Positions 1-9,939 of a DNA stretch of 64,000 bases are shown here, piece after piece. The notes under the pieces were generated by a model, which searched no databases, was not told where the DNA came from, and was given only the letters and a program-made list of their open reading frames with translations. A program made the position numbers and the translations under genes. The stretch comes from an uncultured Eubacteriales bacterium. Its GTDB lineage: Bacteria; Bacillota; Clostridia; Lachnospirales; JAISER01. Within the stretch, counting starts at the first letter, position 1; each line of letters starts with the position of its first letter. The stretch lies in NCBI GenBank assembly GCA_964500895.1, contig CAZCQP010000010.1, forward strand, positions 432-64,431, read 5' to 3'.

Positions 1-330
1 CTCAAAAGCAGATTTGCTTTCAGCAAAGTCATGCTCGTCCACAATCACGTCGGTGCTCCACCGTTTCTGTCCCTGCTGGTCATCCCAGCTGCTTACTTGT
101 AAACGGCCAGAAACGGCAATCATCATGCCTTTTTTCAAAAACCGTTCCACAAACTCGCCAGCCTTGCCAAACGCCACGCAGTTAATAAAATCTGCATCCG
201 GCTCCCCGGCTTTTTTAAAACGCCGGTTCACGGCCAAGGTGTAGCGTGCAACCGCCACAGGCTCTGCGCTTTGGGAATAACGGATTTCCGGGTCTTTCGT
301 TAGGCGTCCCATCAAAATGACTTTGTTCAT
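1..330 (-). CDS. ssb: single-stranded DNA-binding protein (3' end runs off window)
   Basis: Manual translation from ATG at 330 gives MNKVILMGRLTKDPEIRY...DADFINCVAFGK, the typical SSB OB-fold N-terminus; directly downstream of rpsF. Confidence 0.95.
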   Translation of the reverse strand, partial: MNKVILMGRLTKDPEIRYSQSAEPVAVARYTLAVNRRFKKAGEPDADFINCVAFGKAGEFVERFLKKGMMIAVSGRLQVSSWDDQQGQKRWSTDVIVDEHDFAESKSAFE

Positions 331-344
331 CTTTGGGTACCCCC

Positions 345-632
345 TTATGCTTCCTGACGAACGATTAAATAGCGCAACACGTGCTCCATAATGCGCATAC
401 GGCTTTCCATCTCTGCGATGGCTTCGGCGGCCGCTTCAAACGTAATAAAGCTGTAGAAGCCTTCGTTGCATTTGCTAATTTCATACGCCAGCCGACGCTT
501 GCCCCAATCATCCACCTTTTCAACGGTACCGCCAAAACGGCTGATGATGGCCAGCACTTTTTCAAACTCCGCCTTTTGTGCTTCTTCATCTAAAGTGGGT
601 CTTAATACAACTGCCATTTCATACTTGTGCAT
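345..632 (-). CDS. rpsF: 30S ribosomal protein S6
   Basis: MHKYEMAVVLRP...WGKRRLAYEI...GFY...VLRYLIVR; AGGAGG RBS; rpsF-ssb order. Confidence 0.97.
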   Translation of the reverse strand: MHKYEMAVVLRPTLDEEAQKAEFEKVLAIISRFGGTVEKVDDWGKRRLAYEISKCNEGFYSFITFEAAAEAIAEMESRMRIMEHVLRYLIVRQEA

Positions 633-639
633 CACACAC

Positions 640-685
640 ACCTCCTTCTGGACATAAGGCCCTTATATGCATAAGAGCAAGGATT
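640..685 (-). promoter_or_regulatory. S6:S18 ribosomal protein leader (autogenous control RNA)
   Basis: Minus strand reads CCTTGCTC..GGGCC..GTCCAGAAGGAGG just before rpsF, resembling the Firmicute rpsF leader as recalled. Confidence 0.65.
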
Positions 686-723
686 GGACGGCCACTGTTT
701 CCAGCGTGACCATACAGTTTTAC

Positions 724-752
724 ATGTTAGCACAATAAATCATGAAATGCAA
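724..752 (-). promoter_or_regulatory. sigma-A-type promoter for rpsF-ssb
   Basis: TTGCAT-17 nt-TAACAT with extended TG on the minus strand. Confidence 0.55.
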
Positions 753-770
753 CATTTTTTATTAAAAAGA

Positions 771-2528
771 TTAAACTTGCTTTAATTGTTGCACCAGGGC
801 TTCGTCGGGGGTAATCACCGCCGTCTGGTATTTATCGTAAATCACCATACCCGGCTTGGCACCGTTTGGCTTTTTCACAAACCGTTTGGTGGTGTAGTCC
901 ACAGGCACATGGCTGCCGTTTTTACCTTTGCTGTAGTAAGCGGCCAAATTGGCGGCCTCGTTTAAAGTGCTTTCCGGCACCGTTTGGCCTTCTGCCTTTA
1001 CAATCACGTGGGCACCGGGAATGTCTTTGGTGTGGAACCACCAGTCGGAATTTTCCGCCACTTTCAAGGTGAGCTCGTCGTTTTGCCGGTTGTTTTTGCC
1101 CACAAACATGTGGAACCCGTCCCCGGAAATGTAGTGCAACGGCTTGGAAGGTTTGGACTTTAAGGCGCTCTTTTTCTTCCGCTTTTTAATGAAGCCTTGG
1201 GCCATCAATTCTTCCCGCAAGTCTTCAATGTCCGCTTCTTCTGTGCATAAAAACAAGGTGGCCAATAGCCCTTCCAAATAAGTGGTTTCTTCACTATTTT
1301 GGGCCATCTGTTCTTTTAGGGCGGCAAAGGTGCGTTTGGCTTTGTTGTACTGCTTAAAATATTTTTGGGCGTTTTCGGCGGGGGTCAGCTGGGCATCCAA
1401 GGGGATGGTGACCATGGGCAGGTTTTCATCGTAAAAGTTTTGGGTGGTGAAAGCCGTCATTCCTTTTTGCAAGGTGTGCATGTTGGCGGTAATTAGTTCA
1501 CCCTGCATTTTCCAGGTGTCTCGGTTTTGGATGTCCTTCATGGTTTGAATGTAAACATCCCGCTTTTTGGCGCACCGTTCCAGGTTTTGGGTGATAAGCT
1601 TGCGGATGTCTGCATTTTTTTGGCTGGTGCGCACCAGGGCATCTTTTTCACCGTAATAAAAGTCCAGCATTTCCCAGGCAGTTTCAAAGCGTTTTTGTTC
1701 AAAGGCGGTAAACATGGGCATGTCCACGCTGGTGAAGCCCATGGGGTTGCCCTTTTCCAGGAGCACCGTTGGGTGATAATCGTTGGCTTGAATACGAAAA
1801 ATCAGATGGGCAAAGGCATCACAAAGCCGCCCTTTGTCCTCCCCAGACAAACCGGAAGCATGGTCTTCGGGGCGCAGTCCGGCGGCATGGCATACGGCAC
1901 TGGCCAAGAAAGGGCTGATGCCGGTGAAATGCTTGTAAATGGCTTCCTGTGCGGATTGAGGCTTTTCTAAAGCTTCCATTAAATCCGCGGGGGTGAAATC
2001 CAGAGGGTTTATCTTCCCCTGCCCTGGTGGCGGGGTGTAAGCCTTTCCCGGCAGCACTTCCCGCACGGCGCTTAGGCTATGGGAGATATGCTTCACCGCT
2101 TCCAGTACCTTGCCGTTTTCATCCACCAGCATGATGTTGCTGTGCTTGCCCATAATTTCAATGATCAGGGTTTTCACGCACACATCACCTAAATCATTTA
2201 AAGCTTCAATGTGCAGCTGGGCCACACGCTCAAAGCCGGGCTGGGTAATGTCTACAATTTTCCCACCGGTTAAATGTTTACGCAGCACCATGCAAAACAA
2301 TGGGGCTTGCATGGGGTTGGCCTTGGTTTGGCTGGTGAAATGCAACCGGGGGTGGGACGGGCTGGCGGTGAGCATCAGCTTGTAGCTTTCCCCACGGCAG
2401 CGCAGGTTTAAAATAACCTCGTCCTTCTCAGGCTGGTAAATTTTATCAACACGCCCACCAAGGGCTTTTGTTTTCAGTTCGTGTACAATATGGGACAAAA
2501 CAACGCCGTCCAGCGCCATGGTTTTCAA
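771..2528 (-). CDS. rqcH: RqcH/FbpA (NFACT family) ribosome quality-control protein
   Basis: MALDG N-terminus, EIMGKHSNI motif, ENAQKYFKQYNKAKR, C-terminal GKNNRQNDEL / WFHTKDIPGAHV / KKPNGAKPGMV. Confidence 0.95.
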   Translation of the reverse strand: MKTMALDGVVLSHIVHELKTKALGGRVDKIYQPEKDEVILNLRCRGESYKLMLTASPSHPRLHFTSQTKANPMQAPLFCMVLRKHLTGGKIVDITQPGFERVAQLHIEALNDLGDVCVKTLIIEIMGKHSNIMLVDENGKVLEAVKHISHSLSAVREVLPGKAYTPPPGQGKINPLDFTPADLMEALEKPQSAQEAIYKHFTGISPFLASAVCHAAGLRPEDHASGLSGEDKGRLCDAFAHLIFRIQANDYHPTVLLEKGNPMGFTSVDMPMFTAFEQKRFETAWEMLDFYYGEKDALVRTSQKNADIRKLITQNLERCAKKRDVYIQTMKDIQNRDTWKMQGELITANMHTLQKGMTAFTTQNFYDENLPMVTIPLDAQLTPAENAQKYFKQYNKAKRTFAALKEQMAQNSEETTYLEGLLATLFLCTEEADIEDLREELMAQGFIKKRKKKSALKSKPSKPLHYISGDGFHMFVGKNNRQNDELTLKVAENSDWWFHTKDIPGAHVIVKAEGQTVPESTLNEAANLAAYYSKGKNGSHVPVDYTTKRFVKKPNGAKPGMVIYDKYQTAVITPDEALVQQLKQV

Positions 2529-2562
2529 CTTCCCTTCTTTAAACAGAGCAATTGCCTATGAA

Positions 2563-2638
2563 GGCAAACCTTGTTTGCCCAAATATAAATTGTTTATAAA
2601 TTTCTTGCTGCATACGGACGAACACAGTTCGCCCCTAC
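2563..2638. repeat. inverted pair of REP-like palindromes
   Basis: 2615-2638 reverse-complements to GTAGGGGCGAACTGTGTTCGTCCG (GTAG-type REP); degenerate opposite copy GGCAAACCTTGTTTGCCC at 2563-2580. Confidence 0.5.
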
Positions 2639-2728
2639 ATTATTCATAGTGCCTATTGTTGGTTTAAGAGGCAAATATATCCCTTCAGCTTCTCACCACA
2701 AACACATGAAAATAATTTTTTATTTTTA

Positions 2729-2922
2729 GCGTCGCAGACTATAATCAATTTGGCGGAATTTACTTCCGTCAAATTGCAGGGCATGAAAAGTTTCCTTTGG
2801 GAACTTTTCATGCCTTCCTACCGACAACTCGATGAAATGCACTTTCAGTGCATTTCATCGACACGGCAAACGCTTCATGCGTTGCCGTGTTCAACTTCTT
2901 GCTTTGTATTGACTGTGCCAGC
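2729..2922. repeat. multi-hairpin intergenic element (MITE-like or structured RNA)
   Basis: Four consecutive near-perfect stems at 2746-2776, 2780-2814, 2829-2861 and 2861-2890. Confidence 0.5.
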
Positions 2923-2937
2923 CACTTCATATATAAT
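2909..2937 (+). promoter_or_regulatory. sigma-A promoter for the yicC-remA-gmk operon
   Basis: TTGACT-17 nt-TATAAT. Confidence 0.7.
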
Positions 2938-3029
2938 AGAATGTGCGGAAAAAGTCATTTCTTCACTTTTTCGGTCTAGTCTTATTATAACACAATCGGG
3001 AAAATATTACAAACCAAAGGGGAGCGGGG

Positions 3030-3923
3030 ATGTCTATGCCCAGAAGTATGACAGGTTACGGCCGGGGGATGGTTTTGCGCCACGACCGTAAAATTCAGGT
3101 GGAAATGAAGTCGGTCAACCACCGGTACAACGACATCACCATTAAAATGCCCCGTATGCTGGGAAGCTTTGAGGAGCCGTTGCGCAAGCAACTTTCCAGG
3201 CTTATTGCTCGGGGAAAGGTGGATGTTTACGTCTCTATGGAGAGTTTTTCCAAAGATGATGTAAGCATTCAAATAAACGTTCCCTTGGCCGCCGGGTATT
3301 TAGAAGCCCTGGCTGGGTTGAAGGACATGTTTGCCTTGCCCGATTCCCCCACCCTGGCCATGGTGGCCCAGTACCCAGACGTGCTTAAAGCAGAAAAAAA
3401 AGAAGCGGCAGAGGAAACTTTGGCACAAATATGGGAAACCTTAACAGAAGCGGCAGATGTTGCCCTTGCACAGTTTATGCAAATGCGTGAAGCGGAAGGC
3501 AACGCTTTGGTTGCAGACATTTTGGGTAAACAAAAAGAGATGCAGGGCATTATGAATGCCATGAAAACACGCCAGCCCGCAGTGGCGGCAGAGTATGAAA
3601 AAAGGCTGCGCACCCGTATGGAAGAGCTTTTGGCTTCTGCTACGGTAGACGAAAACCGGCTGTTGGCCGAAGTGGCCGTTTTTGCCGAACGCAGCGCCAT
3701 AGATGAAGAAATTACCCGTTTTGAAAGCCATTTAGTACAACTGGAACAAATTTTACAGCAGGAAGGCGCATTAGGACGTAAGCTGGACTTTTTAGTGCAG
3801 GAAATGAACAGAGAAGCCAACACCATCGGCTCTAAAGCCAACGACTTGGAATTAACCAAAGCAGTGGTGGAATTAAAGTGCCTGGTTGAAAAAGTGCGTG
3901 AACAAGTACAGAATATTGAATAG
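3030..3923 (+). CDS. yicC: YicC/YloC family endoribonuclease
   Basis: SMTGYG, KSVNHRY, RGKVD, GRKLDFLVQEMNREANTIGSK, REQVQNIE. Confidence 0.96.
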   Translation: MSMPRSMTGYGRGMVLRHDRKIQVEMKSVNHRYNDITIKMPRMLGSFEEPLRKQLSRLIARGKVDVYVSMESFSKDDVSIQINVPLAAGYLEALAGLKDMFALPDSPTLAMVAQYPDVLKAEKKEAAEETLAQIWETLTEAADVALAQFMQMREAEGNALVADILGKQKEMQGIMNAMKTRQPAVAAEYEKRLRTRMEELLASATVDENRLLAEVAVFAERSAIDEEITRFESHLVQLEQILQQEGALGRKLDFLVQEMNREANTIGSKANDLELTKAVVELKCLVEKVREQVQNIE

Positions 3924-3977
3924 GCTTTTGGGCTGAAACCGGCCGGAAGTTTATGGATTGCAAAGGATGAATGGCAT

Positions 3978-4238
3978 ATGAATTTGCCAATTGTAAACAT
4001 TGGTTTTGGCAATATGGTTTTTGCCCAGCGCATGGTGGCCGTTGTTAGCCCAGAGGCTGCCCCCATCAAGCGTATGATTCAAGAGGCAAGAGCCAATTCC
4101 ACCTTGGTAGACGCCACCTGCGGGCGGCGCACCCGGGCAGTGATTGTTACAGACAGCGGCCACATCATCTTGTCGGCGTTACAGCCAGAGACGGTGGCGG
4201 GCCGGGTGGCTGCCAAAGACGAGCCGGAAGACAGTTAG
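3978..4238 (+). CDS. remA: RemA (DUF370) extracellular matrix regulator
   Basis: [32 protein letters not shown]; yicC-remA-gmk synteny. Confidence 0.93.
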   Translation: MNLPIVNIGFGNMVFAQRMVAVVSPEAAPIKRMIQEARANSTLVDATCGRRTRAVIVTDSGHIILSALQPETVAGRVAAKDEPEDS

Positions 4239-4311
4239 CCCTTATGGTTGCTTACATACGAACCGTTATGCAACAACCAGCTGTTTATTACGATGAAAGA
4301 AGGGCAACAAT

Positions 4312-4929
4312 GTGAATAACCCCGGCATGTTAATGATTATTTCAGGTCCCTCGGGCTCCGGCAAAGGCACGGTAGTCAAGCGGCTGAACCCAGACAAAGA
4401 CTACGCCTTGTCCATTTCCGTTACCACCCGTAAACAGCGGGAAGGAGAATTGGACGGCCGTGACTACTTCTTCACCACCGTGAAAGAATTTGAATATATG
4501 CGTAACCAAAACTTACTTTTAGAGCACGCCGTCTTTTGTGGCAACTATTACGGCACACCCGTGTCTTATGTGAACGACCAGATTGCTCTGGGCAAAACCG
4601 TGGTGCTGGAAATTGAAGTAAACGGTGCCCTGCAAGTGAAGGCGTGTTTTCCAGAAGCCGTGCTTATATTCCTCATTCCGCCGTCTATGGATGAATTGTC
4701 CCGGCGGCTTACAAACCGCAACACCGAAAGCAAAGAAACCATTGAAGACCGGCTGTATCGTGCCCGGGAAGAAATTCAGCTTATTGAACAGTACGACTAT
4801 CTGGTCATAAACGATAAGGTAGAAAACGCCGTGAAAGCCATCGACACCATTGTGGATGCAGAACGGTGCAAGCCCAGCCGTTTGGCCCACACCATCAAGA
4901 TTTTCAGAGGAGAGGAAACTTCATGTTAA
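4312..4929 (+). CDS. gmk: guanylate kinase
   Basis: GPSGSGKGT P-loop, SVTTRKQREGE..G.DY, NYYGT. Confidence 0.97.
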   Translation: MNNPGMLMIISGPSGSGKGTVVKRLNPDKDYALSISVTTRKQREGELDGRDYFFTTVKEFEYMRNQNLLLEHAVFCGNYYGTPVSYVNDQIALGKTVVLEIEVNGALQVKACFPEAVLIFLIPPSMDELSRRLTNRNTESKETIEDRLYRAREEIQLIEQYDYLVINDKVENAVKAIDTIVDAERCKPSRLAHTIKIFRGEETSC

Positions 4930-5225
4930 GACCGTCCTATTCGGAACTGATAGATGTTTTAAACAAAGATAAAGATGTAGACAACAAAGTGGCCAGCCGC
5001 TACACCATCGTCATTGCTGCTGCCAAAAGAGCCAGACAACTGGTGGGCGGGGACGCCCCCCTGGTGGACACCCCATCAGACAAAGCCGTGTCTGTGGCTG
5101 TTACAGAAATGGCCCAAAGCAAAGTACACATTTATGTGCCCAAAGAAACCGAAGAAACCAAGGCCAACGCCGATGCACCTGTCCACACCGAATACTTAAA
5201 CCACGAAGATTTAGGGTTCCAATAA
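4923..5225 (+). CDS. rpoZ: RNA polymerase omega subunit
   Basis: MLRPSY...SRYTIVIAAAKRARQL; follows gmk; true start taken as ATG 4923. Confidence 0.92.
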   Translation: MLRPSYSELIDVLNKDKDVDNKVASRYTIVIAAAKRARQLVGGDAPLVDTPSDKAVSVAVTEMAQSKVHIYVPKETEETKANADAPVHTEYLNHEDLGFQ

Positions 5226-5238
5226 ACAGGCCTTTATA

Positions 5239-7710
5239 ATGGAAGAACATGTGAACCCCCCCAGTGCTGCGCAAGTAGTAGTCTCCATAGACCACAAAGA
5301 CGTAGACAAAGCTTTTCATTACCACATACCGCCCCTTTTACAGCCCCGCATCCGTTTAGGCCAAAGCGTCACCGTGCCTTTCGGGCGGGGCAACAAGCCT
5401 TGTGAGGGTTTTGTAGTGGGCTTTGACCAAGGCAACATGCCGGAGGATTTGACCCCGGAACAGCTCAAGCCCATTTTATCTATTAATGAAGCAACCCCTT
5501 TTTTCAGCCCGGCCATGCTGGAACTGGCCGGGTGGATGCAACAAAAGTATTACACCACCTTGTACGCTTGCCTGAAATGCATGTGCCCTACTGGGCTGCA
5601 ATTTAAAAGTGACGTGGTGGTGCGGCTACTACCTGTGGAAGCAAAATTGCCCCGCCTTGGCGGCCGCCAACAAGACATACTGGCGTTATTAAAAGCCAGC
5701 CATGGTTTCTATTTGCAAAGTGAGCTGGAAAACACCCTAGGCCCCCCACTTGGAGCTGCTTTAAAAGGGCTGGCGGCAAAAGGGCTGGTTAGCCTGGAGG
5801 ATGTGTCTGCTTTTAAGGACTTAACGTTAAAGGTGCAGTTTGTGTCTTTGGCGGCCCCACAAGAAGATGTGGAAAAATCATTGCTCATGCTTGCCCAGCA
5901 GCCCAAAACCCAAAGCCAGGCCAAGGTACTGGCCGCTCTTTTGGAACAAGAATCCATTGCCGTTAGCGATTTGCGGCGGATGCTTAACATTTCCGTTTCA
6001 CCGGTGAAAAGCCTGGAAAAGCGTGGGTTGGTGGCCATTGAAACCGTTGAAGTCACCCGCAACACCGTCTTTCACCAAGAAGCTTTCACCCCGCCCCCGG
6101 TGCTTACCACCGCCCAGCAACAGGCGGTGGATTTTATCACCCGCCAAACAGATAACAAGCCGGTGCTGCTTCACGGGGTTACTGGCAGCGGCAAAACCGA
6201 AGTGTACATGCACCTTATTGAACAAGCGGTGGCTCAAGGCAAGCAAGCCATTATGCTGGTGCCGGAAATTTCCTTAACCCCCCAAACAGTGGGGGTGTTT
6301 GTGAACCGTTTTGGCAGCAAAGTTTCCGTCACCCACTCTCGGTTAACGTTGGGGGAACGGTTCGACCAATGGAAAAAAGCACGGGACGGCCAAACGTCCA
6401 TCATGATTGGCCCCCGCTCCGCCTTGTTCACCCCCTTTAACAACCTGGGCATCATCATCATAGATGAGGAACACGAAAAAACGTATCAATCGGAAACCAC
6501 CCCCAAATACCACGCCAAAGACGTGGCCATCATGCGGGGGCAGCTGGAAGGGGCCAAAGTGGTGCTGGGTTCTGCCACCCCCAGCGTGGAAACTTATTAC
6601 CAAGCACAGGAAGGCCAGCTGCATTTGGTGGCCTTAACCCAGCGGATTAACCGCACCTTGCCGGAAATTCTGGTTGTGGACATGCGCAACGAACTGGCAG
6701 AAGGCAACACCTCTATGTTCAGCAATGGTCTGCACCAGGCCATGGAAGAAAATTTAGCCAACGGCCAGCAAACCATTTTGTTTCTAAACCGACGGGGGTT
6801 TTCCACCTTTGTGTCTTGCCGGAAATGCGGCTATGTGATGACCTGTGACCGTTGCAATGTGAACCATACATATCACTTGCCCACAAACCAGCTCATTTGC
6901 CACTATTGCGGCAAAAAAGAAGCAAACCCCAAAAATTGCCCCCAATGCGGTTCCCATTATATTAAATATTTTGGGGTTGGAACGCAAAAGATAGAAGATG
7001 AAGTGAAACGGCTTTTTCCCCAGGCTTCCGTGCTGCGGATGGACATGGACACCACCGCCGGCAAACACATGCACGCCAGCATTTTGAACCGTTTTAAAAA
7101 CGGGGATGCCCAAATCCTTATCGGTACCCAAATGATTGCCAAAGGGCTGGACTTTCCCCAGGTGACGTTGGTGGGCATTGTGGCGGCAGACTTGTCTTTA
7201 AACAACGGGGACTTCCGGGCAGGGGAAACCACTTTTCAGCTTTTAACCCAGGTTTCCGGCCGGGCCGGACGTTCCAGCTTGCCGGGGCGAGTGTTCATTC
7301 AAACCTACAACCCGGAGCATTACAGCATTGTTTTTGCCAAAGAACATGATTATGGCCAGTTTTACACCCACGAGCTGGCTTTGCGCCAACAGCTGTCCTA
7401 CCCGCCCTTTGCCCATGTGTTTTCGGTGCTGGTCACCGGTGAGGACGAAAAGCGCATCATCATGACCTTGTTCCGGCTTTTAGACATTATGAAACATTAT
7501 AACCGCAAAGGGCTCTTTGAAATGCTGGGGCCATCCCCCGCCGCCATTTCTAAAATAAAGAAGAAATACCGTTGGAAACTTCTGGTGAAATGCCCAGAAG
7601 AAGAGCGGCTTAAAAATTTTGTACTTTACTGTGTAGATAAATTAAAAGCATCCGGCGATGTTTCCGGCATGGGGTTTAACTTAACGCTAAACCCGGCTTT
7701 GCTAGTGTAA
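5239..7710 (+). CDS. priA: primosomal protein N' helicase
   Basis: GVTGSGKTEVY, DEEHE, CxxC zinc clusters, GTQMIAKGLDF, QVSGRAGR. Confidence 0.97.
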   Translation: MEEHVNPPSAAQVVVSIDHKDVDKAFHYHIPPLLQPRIRLGQSVTVPFGRGNKPCEGFVVGFDQGNMPEDLTPEQLKPILSINEATPFFSPAMLELAGWMQQKYYTTLYACLKCMCPTGLQFKSDVVVRLLPVEAKLPRLGGRQQDILALLKASHGFYLQSELENTLGPPLGAALKGLAAKGLVSLEDVSAFKDLTLKVQFVSLAAPQEDVEKSLLMLAQQPKTQSQAKVLAALLEQESIAVSDLRRMLNISVSPVKSLEKRGLVAIETVEVTRNTVFHQEAFTPPPVLTTAQQQAVDFITRQTDNKPVLLHGVTGSGKTEVYMHLIEQAVAQGKQAIMLVPEISLTPQTVGVFVNRFGSKVSVTHSRLTLGERFDQWKKARDGQTSIMIGPRSALFTPFNNLGIIIIDEEHEKTYQSETTPKYHAKDVAIMRGQLEGAKVVLGSATPSVETYYQAQEGQLHLVALTQRINRTLPEILVVDMRNELAEGNTSMFSNGLHQAMEENLANGQQTILFLNRRGFSTFVSCRKCGYVMTCDRCNVNHTYHLPTNQLICHYCGKKEANPKNCPQCGSHYIKYFGVGTQKIEDEVKRLFPQASVLRMDMDTTAGKHMHASILNRFKNGDAQILIGTQMIAKGLDFPQVTLVGIVAADLSLNNGDFRAGETTFQLLTQVSGRAGRSSLPGRVFIQTYNPEHYSIVFAKEHDYGQFYTHELALRQQLSYPPFAHVFSVLVTGEDEKRIIMTLFRLLDIMKHYNRKGLFEMLGPSPAAISKIKKKYRWKLLVKCPEEERLKNFVLYCVDKLKASGDVSGMGFNLTLNPALLV

Positions 7711-7745
7711 CCATTGCCTGGCGATGCTTTGAAAGGACGATTTTT

Positions 7746-8267
7746 GTGGCCATTAGAACCGTTCGCCTGGAAGGCGATGAGCTGTTACGCAAAGTTTCAA
7801 AAGATGTCACCAACATCACCCCCCATGTGGTGACGGTGCTGGAAGACATGGCAGACACCATGTACGCCAGCAACGGGGTGGGCCTGGCTGCTCCTCAAGT
7901 GGGTATTTTAAAGCGTATGGTGGTTATTGATGTGGGTGAAGAGCCCGGGGAAGACCTGATAGAGCTGATTAACCCCCGCATCATCGAATGCTCCGGCACG
8001 CAAACCAAAGCCGAGGGCTGTCTGTCCATCCCCGGAAAATCCGCCCCTGTGCCCCGCCCCACCTATGTGAAGGTGGAAGCCTTAAACCGTTTTGGGGAAA
8101 GCTTTGTGCTGGAAGGCACAGACCTTTTAGCCGTGGCCATTTGCCACGAAATTGACCACCTGGACGGCATTTTGTACGTAGACAAAGCGGTGGAAGCCCC
8201 TAAAGACATTGAAGATGAGGAATACGAAGACCTAGAAGAAGATTTTGAGGGGGAGGAAGCCCTGTGA
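7746..8267 (+). CDS. def: peptide deformylase
   Basis: GVGLAAPQVG, EGCLS, HEIDH. Confidence 0.97.
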   Translation: MAIRTVRLEGDELLRKVSKDVTNITPHVVTVLEDMADTMYASNGVGLAAPQVGILKRMVVIDVGEEPGEDLIELINPRIIECSGTQTKAEGCLSIPGKSAPVPRPTYVKVEALNRFGESFVLEGTDLLAVAICHEIDHLDGILYVDKAVEAPKDIEDEEYEDLEEDFEGEEAL

Positions 8268-9193
8268 AAGTTGTGTTCATGGGCACCCCAGAGTTTGCCG
8301 TCCCCACTTTAGAAGCACTGGCAGAAGGCCACGAGGTGGTGGCGGTGGTTACCCAGCCAGACAAACCCAAAGGCCGGGGCCATAAAATGGTATTTTCCCC
8401 GGTGAAGGAAGCGGCTTTGGCCAGAAACATTGCCGTGCTTCAGCCGGAAAAGGTGAAAGACCCAGCCTTTGCAGAACAGTTGGCCGCTTTTGGGGCAGAC
8501 GTATTTGTGGTGGTGGCGTATGGTAAAATATTGCCGGAAAGCTTGTTAACCCTGCCCCCCCTGGGTTGCATTAATGTTCATGGCTCTCTGTTGCCCAAAT
8601 ACCGTGGCCCTGCCCCCATTCACTGGGCGGTACTCAACGGGGACACAAAAACCGGGGTAACCATCATGGCCATGGACAAAGGCTTGGACACCGGCCCCAT
8701 GCTTTTGCAAAAAGAAATGCCCATCGGCCCCCAAGACACCACCGGCCATGTGCATGATACCATGGCAGTGCTGGGTGCCCAAGCTTTAATGGAAACGTTG
8801 GCGGACATGGCCAATGGCCAACACACCATCACACCCCAAAACAACGACCAAGCCAGCTACAGCCAGATGCTCACCAAAGACATGGGGCGGCTGGACTGGC
8901 ACAACAATGCCCAAACATTGGCCAACCAAGTGCGGGGTTTAAACCCCTGGCCTTGTGCATACACTACCCTAGACGGGCAAACCCTTAAGCTGTTGTCCGC
9001 CGAAGCTTTGCCTGGCCAAGCAACAGAACAGCCCGGGGAAGTGGTGGACATTGTGCCCGGCAAAGGCTTTGTGGTGGCCGCCAAAGAAGGTCGGCTGCTG
9101 GTGACCCGGTTGCAAGCCCAAGGGGGCAAAGCCATGCAAACAGACGATTATTTGCGGGGGCATCCCATCCCGTTGGGTACCCTGCTGTGTTAA
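8264..9193 (+). CDS. fmt: methionyl-tRNA formyltransferase
   Basis: FMGTPEFA, VVTQPDKP, NVHGSLLPKYRG. Confidence 0.97.
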   Translation: MKVVFMGTPEFAVPTLEALAEGHEVVAVVTQPDKPKGRGHKMVFSPVKEAALARNIAVLQPEKVKDPAFAEQLAAFGADVFVVVAYGKILPESLLTLPPLGCINVHGSLLPKYRGPAPIHWAVLNGDTKTGVTIMAMDKGLDTGPMLLQKEMPIGPQDTTGHVHDTMAVLGAQALMETLADMANGQHTITPQNNDQASYSQMLTKDMGRLDWHNNAQTLANQVRGLNPWPCAYTTLDGQTLKLLSAEALPGQATEQPGEVVDIVPGKGFVVAAKEGRLLVTRLQAQGGKAMQTDDYLRGHPIPLGTLLC

Positions 9194-9225
9194 GACCTTA
9201 TGGTCATTTGTAAGGAGAGATTTTT

Positions 9226-9939
9226 ATGCCATTCTTTTTTCCAATGGATTCTACAATTTTTTTACTGCTACCGGCTTTAGCTTTGGCCATGTACGCCCAG
9301 TTTAAGGTAAAAAGCACCTTCGAGGCCTACAGCCGCACAGGCAACGCCAAAGGCTTAACCGGGGCAGAGGTGGCCAGCCGCTTGCTGGCTCTGTCCGGCG
9401 CAACAGACGTGCAAGTGCAGCACATCCGTGGCCAGCTCACCGACCATTACGACCCCACCAAAAAAGTGGTGCGCTTGTCCGATGCAGTGTACGGCAGCCG
9501 TTCTTTGGCCGCCATTGGGGTTGCTGCCCATGAAACCGGCCATGCCCTGCAACACCAAACGGGTTATGCTGCCCTCACCTTCCGCAACTCTATTTTCCCT
9601 GTGGTGAATTTAAGTTCATCCGCGGCCATGCCCCTAATCATTATTGGTCTGCTTTTATCTTCCGGCAGCGGCAGTTTTGGTTATTCCATGATGAGCTTTG
9701 GCATTTTGCTTTTTTCTGTGGTGGTGCTTTTTCAATTGGTGACGTTACCTGTGGAATTTAACGCCAGCAAACGGGCACTGCAAATGTTGGATGCCAACGG
9801 CATTCTTTCCCCTGCCGAACTGGCCCCGGCCAAACAGGTGCTGTCTGCGGCAGCACTCACTTATGTGGCAGCGGCGGCGGTGTCCATTGCCAACTTGCTG
9901 CGCTTTATCATGCTGCTTTCCCGGGGGGACCGCCGGTGA
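9226..9939 (+). CDS. membrane zinc metallopeptidase (YugP-like)
   Basis: LTDHYDP, AAHETGHALQH (HEXXH), TLPVEFNAS, AAALTYVA. Confidence 0.92.
   Translation: MPFFFPMDSTIFLLLPALALAMYAQFKVKSTFEAYSRTGNAKGLTGAEVASRLLALSGATDVQVQHIRGQLTDHYDPTKKVVRLSDAVYGSRSLAAIGVAAHETGHALQHQTGYAALTFRNSIFPVVNLSSSAAMPLIIIGLLLSSGSGSFGYSMMSFGILLFSVVVLFQLVTLPVEFNASKRALQMLDANGILSPAELAPAKQVLSAAALTYVAAAAVSIANLLRFIMLLSRGDRR

Noticed and set aside
2750-3091. 113-aa ORF across the hairpin element
   Set aside because: No RBS or recognisable motif; overlaps the promoter and the yicC start
3269-4069. Long antisense ORFs (also 13070..13630, 16292..17044, 45829..46524)
   Set aside because: Opposite well-supported genes; explained by codon bias
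5225-5239. Absence of coaBC between rpoZ and priA, and of rsmB after the zinc peptidase
   Set aside because: Gene-order variation of this kind is common in clostridia and the genes may lie elsewhere
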